This document shows, piece after piece, positions 47,733 to 57,625 of a stretch of 64,000 bases of DNA. The notes beneath the pieces were generated by a model. It saw only the letters and a program-made list of their open reading frames with translations, did not search any database and was not told the origin of the DNA. The position numbers were made by a program, and so were the translations under genes. How positions within the stretch are numbered: the first letter of the stretch is position 1; every line of letters begins with the position of its first letter. The DNA is from Candidatus Hydrogenedentota bacterium (GTDB lineage: Bacteria; Hydrogenedentota; Hydrogenedentia; Hydrogenedentales; SLHB01). The DNA lies in assembly GCA_963674865.2 (NCBI GenBank), contig CAXXYE010000004.1, positions 512,001-576,000 on the forward strand, written 5' to 3'.

Positions 47733-47808
47733 GGGGGTGTAGCTCAGATGGGAGAGCGCTGCGTTCGCAATGCAGAGGTCAGGGGTTCGATCCCCCTCAC
47801 CTCCACCA
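47733..47808 (+). tRNA. tRNA-Ala (anticodon CGC)
   Basis: 76-nt cloverleaf; acceptor GGGGGTG/CACCTCC with G3:U70; anticodon arm CTGCG-TTCGCAA-TGCAG; GGTTCGA T loop; encoded CCA. Confidence 0.97.
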
Positions 47809-47819
47809 TGTAAAGCTTT

Positions 47820-47858
47820 AAGGGCCAAGAGCTTACTCGAAGCTCTCGGCCCTTTCTT
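47820..47858 (+). terminator. Intrinsic terminator after tRNA-Ala
   Basis: AAGGGCCAAGAGCTT-ACTCG-AAGCTCTCGGCCCTT followed by a T-rich tail. Confidence 0.7.
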
Positions 47859-47931
47859 ATTCCAGTCCATTCACCTTGCATCTTCCCCGCAGGTACTCGC
47901 CAAATCCTCCGGCCCTTGCGATCCTTTTGAC

Positions 47932-48543
47932 TCAGAACTTTCTCGCCCACGTCTGTAGCCCACGCATAATCATCTCCACGGAAACCGTCCCGACAAACAG
48001 CGCCGTAATTCTCCCCGTAACTTCTATATAGCGTTCGATAAGCGGCTCCTTTCGCGGACGCACGTAGTCATGCAGCCGCTTGAGGAGAAGCATCACCGCA
48101 ACCGACAAGAAAACGGCGAACAGAATCGCCGCACAGGCCGCAGCGGGGGCAAGTTTTTGGCCGGCAAGCACGCTCGCGCTGATCGTGCTCGGGCCGATGA
48201 GAACCGGCATGGCGATAGCGCCCGCCAAATGCTCGGACTCACCGCGGAGAATCTCAATTGCATCACTCCCTCGAAACACGAACTGAATACCGATGAGCAA
48301 GAACACGATACCGCCGAATATCTGGAAGGAGGCGAAGTCCGCCTGCACGAGTCTCGCGAAGAGCGCGTTTCCCGCGAGCGCGAAACAACTGAAAACGGCA
48401 AAACTGATCCCCGCTGCACGAAACAAGACCTTGGTGAAGGCGAAGAAATCCAGTTTTCGAACGATATCTGTCAGGTACACAATGACCAGAAAGGGATTGA
48501 GAAGAACCAGCAGTAGCGCTGAGGCGTGCAAGAAATCATTCAT
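47932..48543 (-). CDS. MarC-family membrane protein
   Basis: LLNPF, FQIFGGIVFL, AMPVLIGPSTI motifs; about six TM segments. Confidence 0.85.
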   Translation of the reverse strand: MNDFLHASALLLVLLNPFLVIVYLTDIVRKLDFFAFTKVLFRAAGISFAVFSCFALAGNALFARLVQADFASFQIFGGIVFLLIGIQFVFRGSDAIEILRGESEHLAGAIAMPVLIGPSTISASVLAGQKLAPAAACAAILFAVFLSVAVMLLLKRLHDYVRPRKEPLIERYIEVTGRITALFVGTVSVEMIMRGLQTWARKF

Positions 48544-48708
48544 GTCTCTGTCCTCTTGTGGTCAACGATTCTGAGGGCCACGTCACAATGGGCTGTCTTC
48601 ACCCAATCAGCGTACATACTCCCGGTAAGCGAGTTAAAGCGGCTCCAGCAACCGCAAGTTACCGTCAGGCGCTGGAAATCCCCACCTCCCGGCGCTATCC
48701 TCTTGCGC

Positions 48709-50709
48709 ATGCGCTTCGGATTTCTAATAACGATTCTCGTATTGGCGGCAGTCTGTGCGCTGATAGCCGGCGCCACGGAGGGCGAACGCGTGGCCAAGAC
48801 CTTCTACGTATCGAAACTGGGCGACAACTCCGACGGCCTATCCTGGCCCACGGCATTCACCAAGGTGCAGACGGCCCTCGACGCCGTTCCCGACGACCTG
48901 GGCGGGCACCGCATCATCATCCGCCCCGATATCTACATGGAAGCCAACATGCTCCCGGCCCATCCCGGCGCGGAGGGCGCGTACAACGAGCTTGTCGGCG
49001 ATTTCGACGGCCAACTCGGCTCCGGCACCTCCGGCCACGTTATCCTCGACGCGGGCGACCCGCGCAGGGGATTCAAGAGCTATGACTGGTGGGGCAATAT
49101 CCGCGCCTACCAGAAGGGCTGGTCGGAGGAACACACGGAGGAAACCGTTTCCGCCATCAACTGGGATCGCTGGCTCCTCCGCCGCCTCTACGCCACCGGC
49201 GGCGACGGCGGACTCTGCTTCGATTGCACCGACCGCATCGAGCCGTTCACCGTCGTCGTCGAGGACTGCATCAGCATCGGCCGCGCCTTCGGCTGCGGCG
49301 CCATGAGTTGCCTCTCACGCCCCGACGAGCCCATCACCTTCCGCCGCTGCAACATGTGGTCCCTCGACGAATGGGGCGACACCGCGGCCGGCTACGTCCG
49401 CATTGAGAACGAGTCCATGCCCGAACGCCACGATGTCGTCTTCGAGGACTGCACCATGGTGAGCCCCCAGTGCGCCCTCAAAGGCGGCAATTACGGCTTC
49501 CACACCTACACCCGCGTCCTCGTGCGTGACTGCAAACTCATCGCCCTGAACTTCTCCCAGCCGCACGGCACGCCCACCGACGGCGTCGTGCAGAGCGTCC
49601 AGAACGGCAAGTACCTCCACGTCGACTTCGAGGACTCCGTCCTCATGGGCTTCAAGGTCTTCGGCGTCAAAGTGGACAAAGACACCGCTGGCGATATCGG
49701 CTACTCGACCAAAGGCTCCGCCCTGGCCTATATCCAATACACGCAAGACGTGCCGGAGGGCTTCCACACCCTCGGCCACTGGCCCGTCCAAGCCTTCGAG
49801 AACATCGCGCCCGCCGCGCCCGTGAGGCCCGCGCCGATACTCGCCAACCGCAGACTCATCATGCGTGATATGTGCGAGCTGTCGCCCGTCATGTGGAAAG
49901 GGCGCTTGTGCCACATGGAATGCCACCGCCCCGCGCACGGCGGCGTAAAGGAAGACTACTACCTGCTCCTGCGCGACGTCGAAACCGGCGAGGAGATGAC
50001 GCGCTTCGCAGTCGGCTACAGCCTTGGTTCCTGCCACGTCCACGACGGCGTCTTCTACGCCTTCGCGTCCCGGTTCGGCGACAACGACTGGAATGATGTG
50101 ACGCTCTTCAAGTCGGCCGACCTCAATGCCTGGGAGCATGAGCTCGTCATACGGCAGGAGAGCGAGCACCTGTTCAACAGCTCCGTGTGCGAAGGGCCGG
50201 ACGGATTCCTCATGGCCTATGAATCCAACGACCGCACCTACCCGCCGTTCACCATCAAGTTCGCCCGCTCCGACGACCTCGAAAACTGGACTAAGCTGCC
50301 CGACGCGACCTTCGGCACCAACCGCTACACCGCGTGCCCTTGCGTCCGCTACGTCAACGGCTACTACTACGTGCTCTATCTCGAGACTCGCGCGCCGCTC
50401 CACTACTTCGAGACCTACATCACCCGCTCCAAGGACCTCAAGACCTGGGAACTCAGCGCCGCCAACCCCGTGCTCAGGCCCATCGGCCTCGACGAAGGCA
50501 TCAACGCCTCCGATCCCGAGATTATCGAAATCGACGGAAAGACCTACGTGTACTTCGCCGTCGGCGACCAACTCACCTGGATGAACATCAAACGCGCCGA
50601 ATTCGACGGCACGCTCGCCCAGTTCTACGAACACTGGTACGCCCAACCGGGCATACGCGACTGCGGCGACATGGCCTCCCACCTCGCCCGCGCCGCCCAG
50701 GCGAAATGA
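48709..50709 (+). CDS. Secreted two-domain protein (beta-helix-like N-terminus, GH43/GH130-like beta-propeller C-terminus)
   Basis: Signal peptide; FYVSKLGDNSDGLSWPTAF; repeated SxDLxxW motifs; INASDP. Confidence 0.65.
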   Translation: MRFGFLITILVLAAVCALIAGATEGERVAKTFYVSKLGDNSDGLSWPTAFTKVQTALDAVPDDLGGHRIIIRPDIYMEANMLPAHPGAEGAYNELVGDFDGQLGSGTSGHVILDAGDPRRGFKSYDWWGNIRAYQKGWSEEHTEETVSAINWDRWLLRRLYATGGDGGLCFDCTDRIEPFTVVVEDCISIGRAFGCGAMSCLSRPDEPITFRRCNMWSLDEWGDTAAGYVRIENESMPERHDVVFEDCTMVSPQCALKGGNYGFHTYTRVLVRDCKLIALNFSQPHGTPTDGVVQSVQNGKYLHVDFEDSVLMGFKVFGVKVDKDTAGDIGYSTKGSALAYIQYTQDVPEGFHTLGHWPVQAFENIAPAAPVRPAPILANRRLIMRDMCELSPVMWKGRLCHMECHRPAHGGVKEDYYLLLRDVETGEEMTRFAVGYSLGSCHVHDGVFYAFASRFGDNDWNDVTLFKSADLNAWEHELVIRQESEHLFNSSVCEGPDGFLMAYESNDRTYPPFTIKFARSDDLENWTKLPDATFGTNRYTACPCVRYVNGYYYVLYLETRAPLHYFETYITRSKDLKTWELSAANPVLRPIGLDEGINASDPEIIEIDGKTYVYFAVGDQLTWMNIKRAEFDGTLAQFYEHWYAQPGIRDCGDMASHLARAAQAK

Positions 50710-50761
50710 ATCGAGAACGAAACGGCCAGATCGAACCAACGAGCGAAGCCGCGCAAGAATC

Positions 50762-51436
50762 GACAGGATTGACAAGATACACAAGATTACAGAACTGAAT
50801 CCTGTCAATCCTGTTAATCCTGTCCAATGTGACCCTTCAATAGTCCCGTCTCATGAGTGGTTTCCCTTTCGCGTTCTTGGCGACTTCGCGTGAGAATGCT
50901 CCCATTACGGAGGATTGACGCTCTTCTCCGCGCTCCTCCGCGATCTCCGCGCCTCTGCGTTCAAATCCTCTCTCCCAACAGGTTGACCCCTCCGTCGATC
51001 CACCGAGCATAAGGCCCCGGCGAGAATTCTCAGGCCGCACGCCCCTCTCGGCCACGAAGAACACAAGGAACCGCGAAAACAGCGATTCTCCGCTCGCGTG
51101 CATCAGTGTCCATCTGAGTTCATCCGTGGTGAACATGAAAACCATTCCCCAGTAGCTTCGGTGATGCGACAGGTGGTTTCTTGCCTTCTCGCGGCCTCTT
51201 TGCGTTCTTGGCGGCTTTGCGTGAGAATGATCCCCTTGCGATAGGCCGACACTCTTCTCCGCGTTCCTCCGCGCCCTCCGCGTCTCTGCGTTCAGATCTT
51301 CCCCCGCCCACACGAGCCGAAGAGAGATCGTTATCGACAAGCTCGACAAGATACACGAGATTCCGACACATCCTTTTTCCATCCTGTTATCCTGTCCAGA
51401 ATGACCTTCCAACACTCCCCGTCTCATGAGTGGTTT
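50762..51436. repeat. Modular mosaic array of repeat units (A-B-C-D-B'-A')
   Basis: A 50762-50863 / A' about 51335-51436 share CCCGTCTCATGAGTGGTTT; B about 50867-50968 / B' 51198-51298; C 51050-51079; D 51101-51130. Confidence 0.85.
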
Positions 51437-51496
51437 GACCCCCTCCGCCAATCCGCCTAGAATGCCCCCTCAACCAAACAAAGGACGCCTACCACC

Positions 51497-52246
51497 ATGC
51501 TCAAACCCGCCGCCGCAATCGCCTGTCTCCTGCTCGTCACCTCCCTGTCCTACGCCGCGCCCCCCGAAGGCGAAGGATGGGAATTCCTATTCAACGGCAC
51601 AGACCTCACCGGCTGGAAGATCCCGCAGGAAGGGAAGATCTGGAAGGTCGTCGAAGGCGTCATCGATTGCAATCCCCGAACCGATATCGAAGGCGAGAAA
51701 CACCTGTGGTCGCAGCGCGACTTCGGCGACTTCGCCCTCCACATCGAGTGGCGACTCAAAGACACCCCCGCCGAAAACACCATGCCCAACATCCTGCCCG
51801 ACGGCTCCTACGAACTCGGCCCCGACGGCAAACCGGTGACCACGTCCCGCCCCAACGCCGATTCCGGCATCTACCTGCGCGGCTCCAGCAAGTCCCAGAT
51901 CAACATCTGGTGCTGGCCCATCGGCTCCGGCGAAATCTGGGGATACCGCACCGACAGCAAGATGCCCCCCGAAGTCCGCGCCGGCGCCACGCCCAGGTCA
52001 CACGCCGACAAACCCGTGGGCGAGTGGAACACCTTCGACATCACCATCGAAGGTGATCGCCTCACCGTAGTCCTCAATGGAACCAAAGTTATCGACAACG
52101 CCCAGCTCCCCGGAGTCCCCGCCAAAGGCCCCATCGCCCTCCAACACCACGGCGGATTCGACCCCGAGAAAGAGACATGGAACGCCGCCTCCAGCGTCGT
52201 CCAGTTCCGCAACATCTACATCCGCGAACTGAAAAGCGACTCCTGA
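51497..52246 (+). CDS. DUF1080 (3-keto-disaccharide hydrolase-like) secreted protein
   Basis: LFNGTDLTGW, DSGIYLR, GEWN, GPIALQHHG, FRNIYIREL. Confidence 0.9.
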   Translation: MLKPAAAIACLLLVTSLSYAAPPEGEGWEFLFNGTDLTGWKIPQEGKIWKVVEGVIDCNPRTDIEGEKHLWSQRDFGDFALHIEWRLKDTPAENTMPNILPDGSYELGPDGKPVTTSRPNADSGIYLRGSSKSQINIWCWPIGSGEIWGYRTDSKMPPEVRAGATPRSHADKPVGEWNTFDITIEGDRLTVVLNGTKVIDNAQLPGVPAKGPIALQHHGGFDPEKETWNAASSVVQFRNIYIRELKSDS

Positions 52247-52325
52247 GCGCGGCCAGGCGCTTACGGACGGCACACGAGCCCCTTGGTGGTTTGTCTCATA
52301 AGCTCGGTGACGATCTCGACGTTCT

Positions 52326-52423
52326 GGGAGGGTCGAGCTCCCGCTCGACCGCAGACGCGCAGGAGCGCGTCCCTCCCTTCACCTCTGCCCGCGACGTCAT
52401 GCCCGCGAGAAGCGGGCATCCAG
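52326..52423. repeat. Two adjacent REP-like palindromes
   Basis: GGGAGGGTCGAGCTCCCGCTCGACC...GTCCCTCCC (52326-52377) and CGTCATGCCCGCGAGAAGCGGGCATCCAG (52395-52423). Confidence 0.65.
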
Positions 52424-52457
52424 AAACACGTCGTCGAAACAGTCCGAAAAGACGGCC

Positions 52458-52641
52458 CTAGTGTTCTGACTCATAATTGACATCGCTTATCTGGAGATGA
52501 AGAAGCGCCAAGAATGAGCGAAAAACGGGGACTGACACAAGCGAAGTCCGCCTTAGGCGGACGAAGACGTGTCTGTCCCTGCTTTTCGCCTCGCTTCTCG
52601 CGGCAAGAATAAGACGCCATCAGCGTGAGTCATACCACTAG
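52458..52641. mobile_element. MITE-like element (184 bp) bounded by CTAG, with an internal REP hairpin
   Basis: CTAGTGTTCTGACTCA ... TGAGTCATACCACTAG (14/16 inverted match); partial second copy at 41897. Confidence 0.7.
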
Positions 52642-52921
52642 GTTGGCTTAGGCGCGCTTGTTCCCCCGCGTCCCCGCAGGAGTCTCGGGATAGCTTCCAG
52701 GCTATAGGCTTGCGTTCTTTCTAGCGCGCAGTAAGTCCCGTTTCATTGGCGGACGCCGGCGAAGCGAGTGTTTGCGGTTCTGTCTAGAGCCTGTGAGACA
52801 ACGCCGGAGGAAAAGGGGACATGTTCCAAGCCCCGTCCCCGGCGCGACCACGTGTTCCCGTTCCCGCCCGCTCCTCCCCGTAGCGCCCCGTTCTACTTGT
52901 CTAAGTTATCCCCCTTAAGCC

Positions 52922-52950
52922 TTGACAACCTACGAAAAGTGATATAGGCT
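52922..52950 (+). promoter_or_regulatory. Possible sigma70 promoter of the two-gene NTPase unit
   Basis: TTGACA-N17-TAGGCT. Confidence 0.5.
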
Positions 52951-53006
52951 TCCCTCAGCGGGGGACCCCCAAACGGCGCAGTATAGGGAATGGGCAAACT
53001 CGTTAC

Positions 53007-53678
53007 ATGCAACGCACTGAACATAGAGGCCGGCACGGCCGCACAAAGGAACCAGTCACGGTGAAGGTTTTGGTGAAGCGTCAACGAACTCGACTTGGAA
53101 CCGTGGCTGTGTTGCTTGCGTGCAACGTCATGCTCGGCCTACTCATATTCATCGAGTACCACACGGTTCAAGAGCCCCAGGTCTGGCGTCCATGGCCGTA
53201 TGCCAAAGACTTCCTGACCCTCGAAGTCGCCCTATGCGCACTTCTCTCCCCAGCCTTTCGGCGGCGGGACTTCCGCGTTCACTTGGACCCCACCTGCACC
53301 TCTGATACTGGGCAAGATACTGGAACCCTCGAGGCCACCTATCGGCTCCACGCCTCGTCCAGCAGCAAGACGCCCCCTTTAATGCGCGTCACCGATGTCC
53401 GACCGATAATCTCTGAAGTCATTGATGTGGAGGATGCCAACTGTCAAACGCCGAAGTCAGTAGATGTGAGGGTTGAGCCCGAGAACATCCGCAAGACGCC
53501 ATGCGGCCTACCAACGGACCTCGCCCTCGTTATCGGCCCAAGCGACAGTGCAACCGTACCCCACAACTCGCACCCCTGGAGATGCACAGGTATTATCGTT
53601 ATCGAGTTTTGTGTCTGCTTCTCGGATGGATCAGAGATGGTTGAGGTCAGAGTACCCGTGAATTCAGTCATAGGATGA
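53007..53678 (+). CDS. Hypothetical membrane-anchored protein (start may be GTG 53061 or 53073)
   Basis: Hydrophobic LGTVAVLLACNVMLGLLIFI; ends 9 nt before the next gene. Confidence 0.55.
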   Translation: MQRTEHRGRHGRTKEPVTVKVLVKRQRTRLGTVAVLLACNVMLGLLIFIEYHTVQEPQVWRPWPYAKDFLTLEVALCALLSPAFRRRDFRVHLDPTCTSDTGQDTGTLEATYRLHASSSSKTPPLMRVTDVRPIISEVIDVEDANCQTPKSVDVRVEPENIRKTPCGLPTDLALVIGPSDSATVPHNSHPWRCTGIIVIEFCVCFSDGSEMVEVRVPVNSVIG

Positions 53679-53687
53679 GGTGATGCT

Positions 53688-55931
53688 ATGAAACTAACGA
53701 AGCGGCCGCACCGCCTTTGCGCGAGTCGCAATCGTCTCTTCGGCAGGAACCGGCTATTGGCAGATCTCTTGCCGGAAGATTTGGAGGACTACTTCGGTGA
53801 CATCATACAAGACACGGCCCTTCTCTCAAGCGCATACGTGGAAGAGCGGTACACGTCTGACAAGAACAGCGCAATGAATCGGAAGTATCCGGCAGAGTTT
53901 CCGGACAATGCCGCTTGCGCCTACAACACGCGAACCGGTCGATGGCGGCGATTGCCTGCGAATTCCGCGCTTCAGAAGGCATATGGCGATCAGATCAAGG
54001 ACAAGATGGAACTCACTCTGCTCACGGTACTTGACCGTATCGCCCGTCAGCAGAGCCGCATCAGACGTTCTGCAGTGTCTGTCGACCTCCCCTTGAACCG
54101 CATGGCCTTCCTCCAAGGCGGCATTGGGAGCGGAAAGACAACTCTCCTTCACCATTTCCACCGCGTCCTATTGCCAAAGCTCGATGGGGAACGACCGCAC
54201 TCAACTAAGTTCTTCTTCGCAATCATAGACTTCAACAACGTTGACATCGAGCAGGACTCCCAGAAGGCCAAGAACGACGTCATCGACGCCGTCCGCACGG
54301 TCGTCGAAAAAGATGCTATGCTTGAGTCCGTGGAGGCGTGGGGACTACTTGCCCGTCCGGAATTGTATGATGAAGCGGGATGCCTGCGCCCGGCAATCGC
54401 GACAAGTGCCAACCCGGAGCGCGAGAAGCGACGGATTATCCACAGGGCTTCAAACAGCACAGTTTTCCTCCAACGCGCCTCGCGCCACATTGCAGGGATG
54501 CCGCGCCCCGGCATCCCGGTTATCGTCTATGACAACCTCGATTCTCAACCGGTGTTGCGTCAGCTGGCCTTCATCCGTCATCTACAGCACCTCTTAACAA
54601 GTATTCCTTCAGCTATCGGCGTCGTCTCGGTGCGAGAAAGAACTCTTGGCCATCTGTGCTCTCTCGGCGCCTTCATGGCATTTGGACACCTCAAGAAGAT
54701 GCACATGACGACACCCGTGCTCCCGGATCTTATCCAGAAACGCTTCGACAGACTCCTTGCAACCTGGGATCCCTCGATGTATTCCGGCCCGGAGATTCTG
54801 ATCTCCGAGAGAGCTTCAATTAGTGAATACGATCTGCGCGAGATACTTGCGCACATCAGCAGTGCCTTCCTGCCTCGCCAGAAGCAGACCCGCGTAAGCA
54901 GCCGCATCAGGGATTCGTTTGGGCACGAGAGCGTGGATGAATTCCTCCACAATGCAACGAACTCTAACGCTCGACAGGCCATCAGCCTCGTTGTCGAAGG
55001 CCTGCAATCCTGGGCGCTCAGGTACGAGCGCCCCATCAGAGACTACGTTGTCAGACGGGATCTCGATCAGCAACACAAGCTGGCTCCTATTGGGGTTGAC
55101 GAACTCGTGAGACTGGCGGCGGTAGGCCAGTGGAGACTCTACGACCACGGGCAGAACGAGTTTATACAGAACGTGTTCGGTTGGGGCTCGCATATGCCGA
55201 ACTCGACGGAGGGCAGGTTCCCCCTTCTGTTAGTGTACCGAATGCTGCAGTTCTTTGTCAGCCACGGCGACCATGTTCCGAAGGCGAGAGTGTACGGTGA
55301 CTTGCGGTGGCTTGGATACAGACAACACGAGATATCCGAACTCCTGGAGTGGCTTATTGACCGCGGGTTCGTGGAATCTTACGAAGGCCCGTGTCTGGAT
55401 CGAGTTTCGGTGCTCTACACAACAAGAAAGACGTGGTTCTACTTCCATTTCTTCTCGAAAATGCTTGTTTACCTGGAACACATGCGAAACGATTCCATGA
55501 TCGAGTATGAAGCAAACCCCCACGATTTTGATTCCGATATGGTCACCGATGCTCACTCTGTATTCGAGTTCATCGAATATGTCTTGGATCAGGAGGAGCG
55601 TGAGTATGCGTTCGTTCGGACCAAGAAGAAACCCCACCTGAAGCTCTACAAAAAGATTGTTGCCGATCAACCGTTGTCCTGGAAACTGCTCCGTAGCGTG
55701 ACGAGAAGGCTAAATGATTTGGCGACATACATGCCAAACATGTTCCCAGAGTCTGAGCGTCCTAGATTGGCGAGGCACTGCCGATACATGAAGGCGATTG
55801 TTCTGGGCAAAGCCGAGAACGGTGACATCTGGCCACCAACTTGCCCAGGTCGGGGTGATGTCCGCATCCGTTTCCCCATTGCCCCGCCGGCCAGCACGCC
55901 TGGAGGGTCTATGGCCAAGCGGGCGGAATGA
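53688..55931 (+). CDS. Orphan P-loop NTPase with probable C-terminal winged helix
   Basis: FLQGGIGSGKTT Walker A, PVIVYDNLD Walker B, LGYRQHEISELLEWLIDRGFVES wHTH-like segment; GAGGTG RBS; atypical codon usage. Confidence 0.75.
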   Translation: MKLTKRPHRLCASRNRLFGRNRLLADLLPEDLEDYFGDIIQDTALLSSAYVEERYTSDKNSAMNRKYPAEFPDNAACAYNTRTGRWRRLPANSALQKAYGDQIKDKMELTLLTVLDRIARQQSRIRRSAVSVDLPLNRMAFLQGGIGSGKTTLLHHFHRVLLPKLDGERPHSTKFFFAIIDFNNVDIEQDSQKAKNDVIDAVRTVVEKDAMLESVEAWGLLARPELYDEAGCLRPAIATSANPEREKRRIIHRASNSTVFLQRASRHIAGMPRPGIPVIVYDNLDSQPVLRQLAFIRHLQHLLTSIPSAIGVVSVRERTLGHLCSLGAFMAFGHLKKMHMTTPVLPDLIQKRFDRLLATWDPSMYSGPEILISERASISEYDLREILAHISSAFLPRQKQTRVSSRIRDSFGHESVDEFLHNATNSNARQAISLVVEGLQSWALRYERPIRDYVVRRDLDQQHKLAPIGVDELVRLAAVGQWRLYDHGQNEFIQNVFGWGSHMPNSTEGRFPLLLVYRMLQFFVSHGDHVPKARVYGDLRWLGYRQHEISELLEWLIDRGFVESYEGPCLDRVSVLYTTRKTWFYFHFFSKMLVYLEHMRNDSMIEYEANPHDFDSDMVTDAHSVFEFIEYVLDQEEREYAFVRTKKKPHLKLYKKIVADQPLSWKLLRSVTRRLNDLATYMPNMFPESERPRLARHCRYMKAIVLGKAENGDIWPPTCPGRGDVRIRFPIAPPASTPGGSMAKRAE

Positions 55932-56041
55932 CAGGGAAGACGGCAGGAGGCAGCGAGCCCTCCAATTCCGTTACTCTGTCCACACCTAGCACAACAATTC
56001 CGAGCCATTGTCACCCGTAGATCTCCTTCGCCTCCTCCGGT

Positions 56042-57625
56042 ATGATGCGCCCCATGGACGTCCCACCAACCACCTTCGGCCTTATTGACTGGCTCGTGCT
56101 TGCCGCCTACCTCGCCGCCATGGTGGCCATCGGCCTCGCGTTGTCCCGTAAACAGGAAGGCGTCAACACCTTCTTCCTCGGCGGGCGCAGCATGCCGGCG
56201 TGGGCCGTGTCGCTCTCCATCATCGCCACCTCCCTGAGCGCGGCCACCTTCGTCGGCGTCCCGGAAATGGCCTACGCCGGCGACCTCACCTACCTGATCC
56301 TCTATCCCGGCGGCTTCATCGGCGCCTTCATCGTGGCGTTCCTCATCCTGCCGCCCGTCTACCGCGCCGGCACCGTCACCATCTACGGCTACCTGGGCAA
56401 GCGCTTCGGCGGCTCCTCGGCGCGCGTCGCCAGCGCCGTGTTCCTCTTCGGCCGCCTGCTGGCCTCCGGCGCACGGCTCTTCATCGCCGCCATCCCCTTC
56501 GCGCTGATCCTCCACGGCGACACGGACATCCCCAGCCTCCTCGCCGCCATTCTGCTCCTCGGACTCGTCGGCACGCTCTACACCACCTGCGGCGGCATCC
56601 GCGCCGTCATCTGGACGGACGCCCTCCAGATCTTCGTCGTCATCGCGGCCGCTCTGATCAGCGTCTACATCCTTTTGGACGCCATCCCGCTGCCATTCGG
56701 CGAGATCGTCAGCGCCCTGCGCAACGCGGACGGCGTCGACAAGTTGGCCATCGTCGATACGCGCTTCGATCTCACCCGGCCCTACACCCTTTGGAGCGGC
56801 GTCATCGCGGCGACCTTCGTCAACGCCGCCTGCTACGGCACCGACCACGACCTCGCCCAGCGCATGCTCACCACCAAATCCGCATGGCGCGGCAGCGCCG
56901 CCATGATGGCCTCGAAATTCCTCGAATTGCCCGTCGTGTGCCTGTTCCTCGCGATTGGACTCCTCCTGTCTATCTACTATGGCCGTCCCGACCTCATGCT
57001 CGAGCACACGCCCTTCGACGTCGTCAGCGAGACAAAGGAGGTTTACCCCCGGTTCCTGTTGAACCACCTGCCGGCGGGCATCCGTGGACTCTCCATCGCC
57101 GGCCTACTAGCCGCCGCCATGAGCAGCTTCGACTCCGCCATCAACGCCATGGCCGCCACCGCCGTGGCCGACCTCGGCGCGCCCCGGCGCGCCCGCGCGA
57201 CATCCAAATCCGGCGCCGACTCCGTACGCGCGCCCCGCATCGCCGTCGTGGCCATGGGCCTGCTACTCACCGCCTTCGCCATGTTCGCCGTCTTCATGCA
57301 GGCCGGACAGCGTGGGGGAACGCTCATCGACTTCGCCCTCGGCGTCATGACCTTCGCCCTGGCCCCGCTCTTCGGCGTCTTCTCCGCGGCCCTCTTCACC
57401 AAACGCGGCAATGCGGCCAGCGTCATCGCCGCCCTCGCCGCCGGGATGCTCTGCGTCCTCCTCTTCCAGCCCTACATGCTCCAACGCTGGCTCCACTTCA
57501 CCCTCGCCTGGCCCTGGATCTGGGTGATTGCCAGCCCCCTCAGCTTCGCCGTCTGCATCGCCGGAAAACCGTCCACCGGGCATTCGGTAGGAATGGACGT
57601 GGAAGCGCAGCAAGAAAGGGACTGA
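56042..57625 (+). CDS. Sodium:solute symporter family protein
   Basis: FFLGGRSMP, SAATFVG, GGIRAVIWTDALQ, AQRMLT, AAAMSSFDS. Confidence 0.92.
   Translation: MMRPMDVPPTTFGLIDWLVLAAYLAAMVAIGLALSRKQEGVNTFFLGGRSMPAWAVSLSIIATSLSAATFVGVPEMAYAGDLTYLILYPGGFIGAFIVAFLILPPVYRAGTVTIYGYLGKRFGGSSARVASAVFLFGRLLASGARLFIAAIPFALILHGDTDIPSLLAAILLLGLVGTLYTTCGGIRAVIWTDALQIFVVIAAALISVYILLDAIPLPFGEIVSALRNADGVDKLAIVDTRFDLTRPYTLWSGVIAATFVNAACYGTDHDLAQRMLTTKSAWRGSAAMMASKFLELPVVCLFLAIGLLLSIYYGRPDLMLEHTPFDVVSETKEVYPRFLLNHLPAGIRGLSIAGLLAAAMSSFDSAINAMAATAVADLGAPRRARATSKSGADSVRAPRIAVVAMGLLLTAFAMFAVFMQAGQRGGTLIDFALGVMTFALAPLFGVFSAALFTKRGNAASVIAALAAGMLCVLLFQPYMLQRWLHFTLAWPWIWVIASPLSFAVCIAGKPSTGHSVGMDVEAQQERD

Noticed and set aside
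47733..47808. tRNA-Ala as an integration site for a prophage or island
   Set aside because: No integrase nearby and I saw no duplicated tRNA 3' end in the window.
50762..51436. CRISPR array
   Set aside because: The repeats belong to several different families, spacing is irregular, there is no constant repeat-spacer period and no cas genes are present.
50837..51451. 204-aa minus-strand ORF and similar short ORFs at 47065-47742 and 12509-12852
   Set aside because: They are translations of repeat DNA (low-complexity, no protein motifs) and are treated as spurious.
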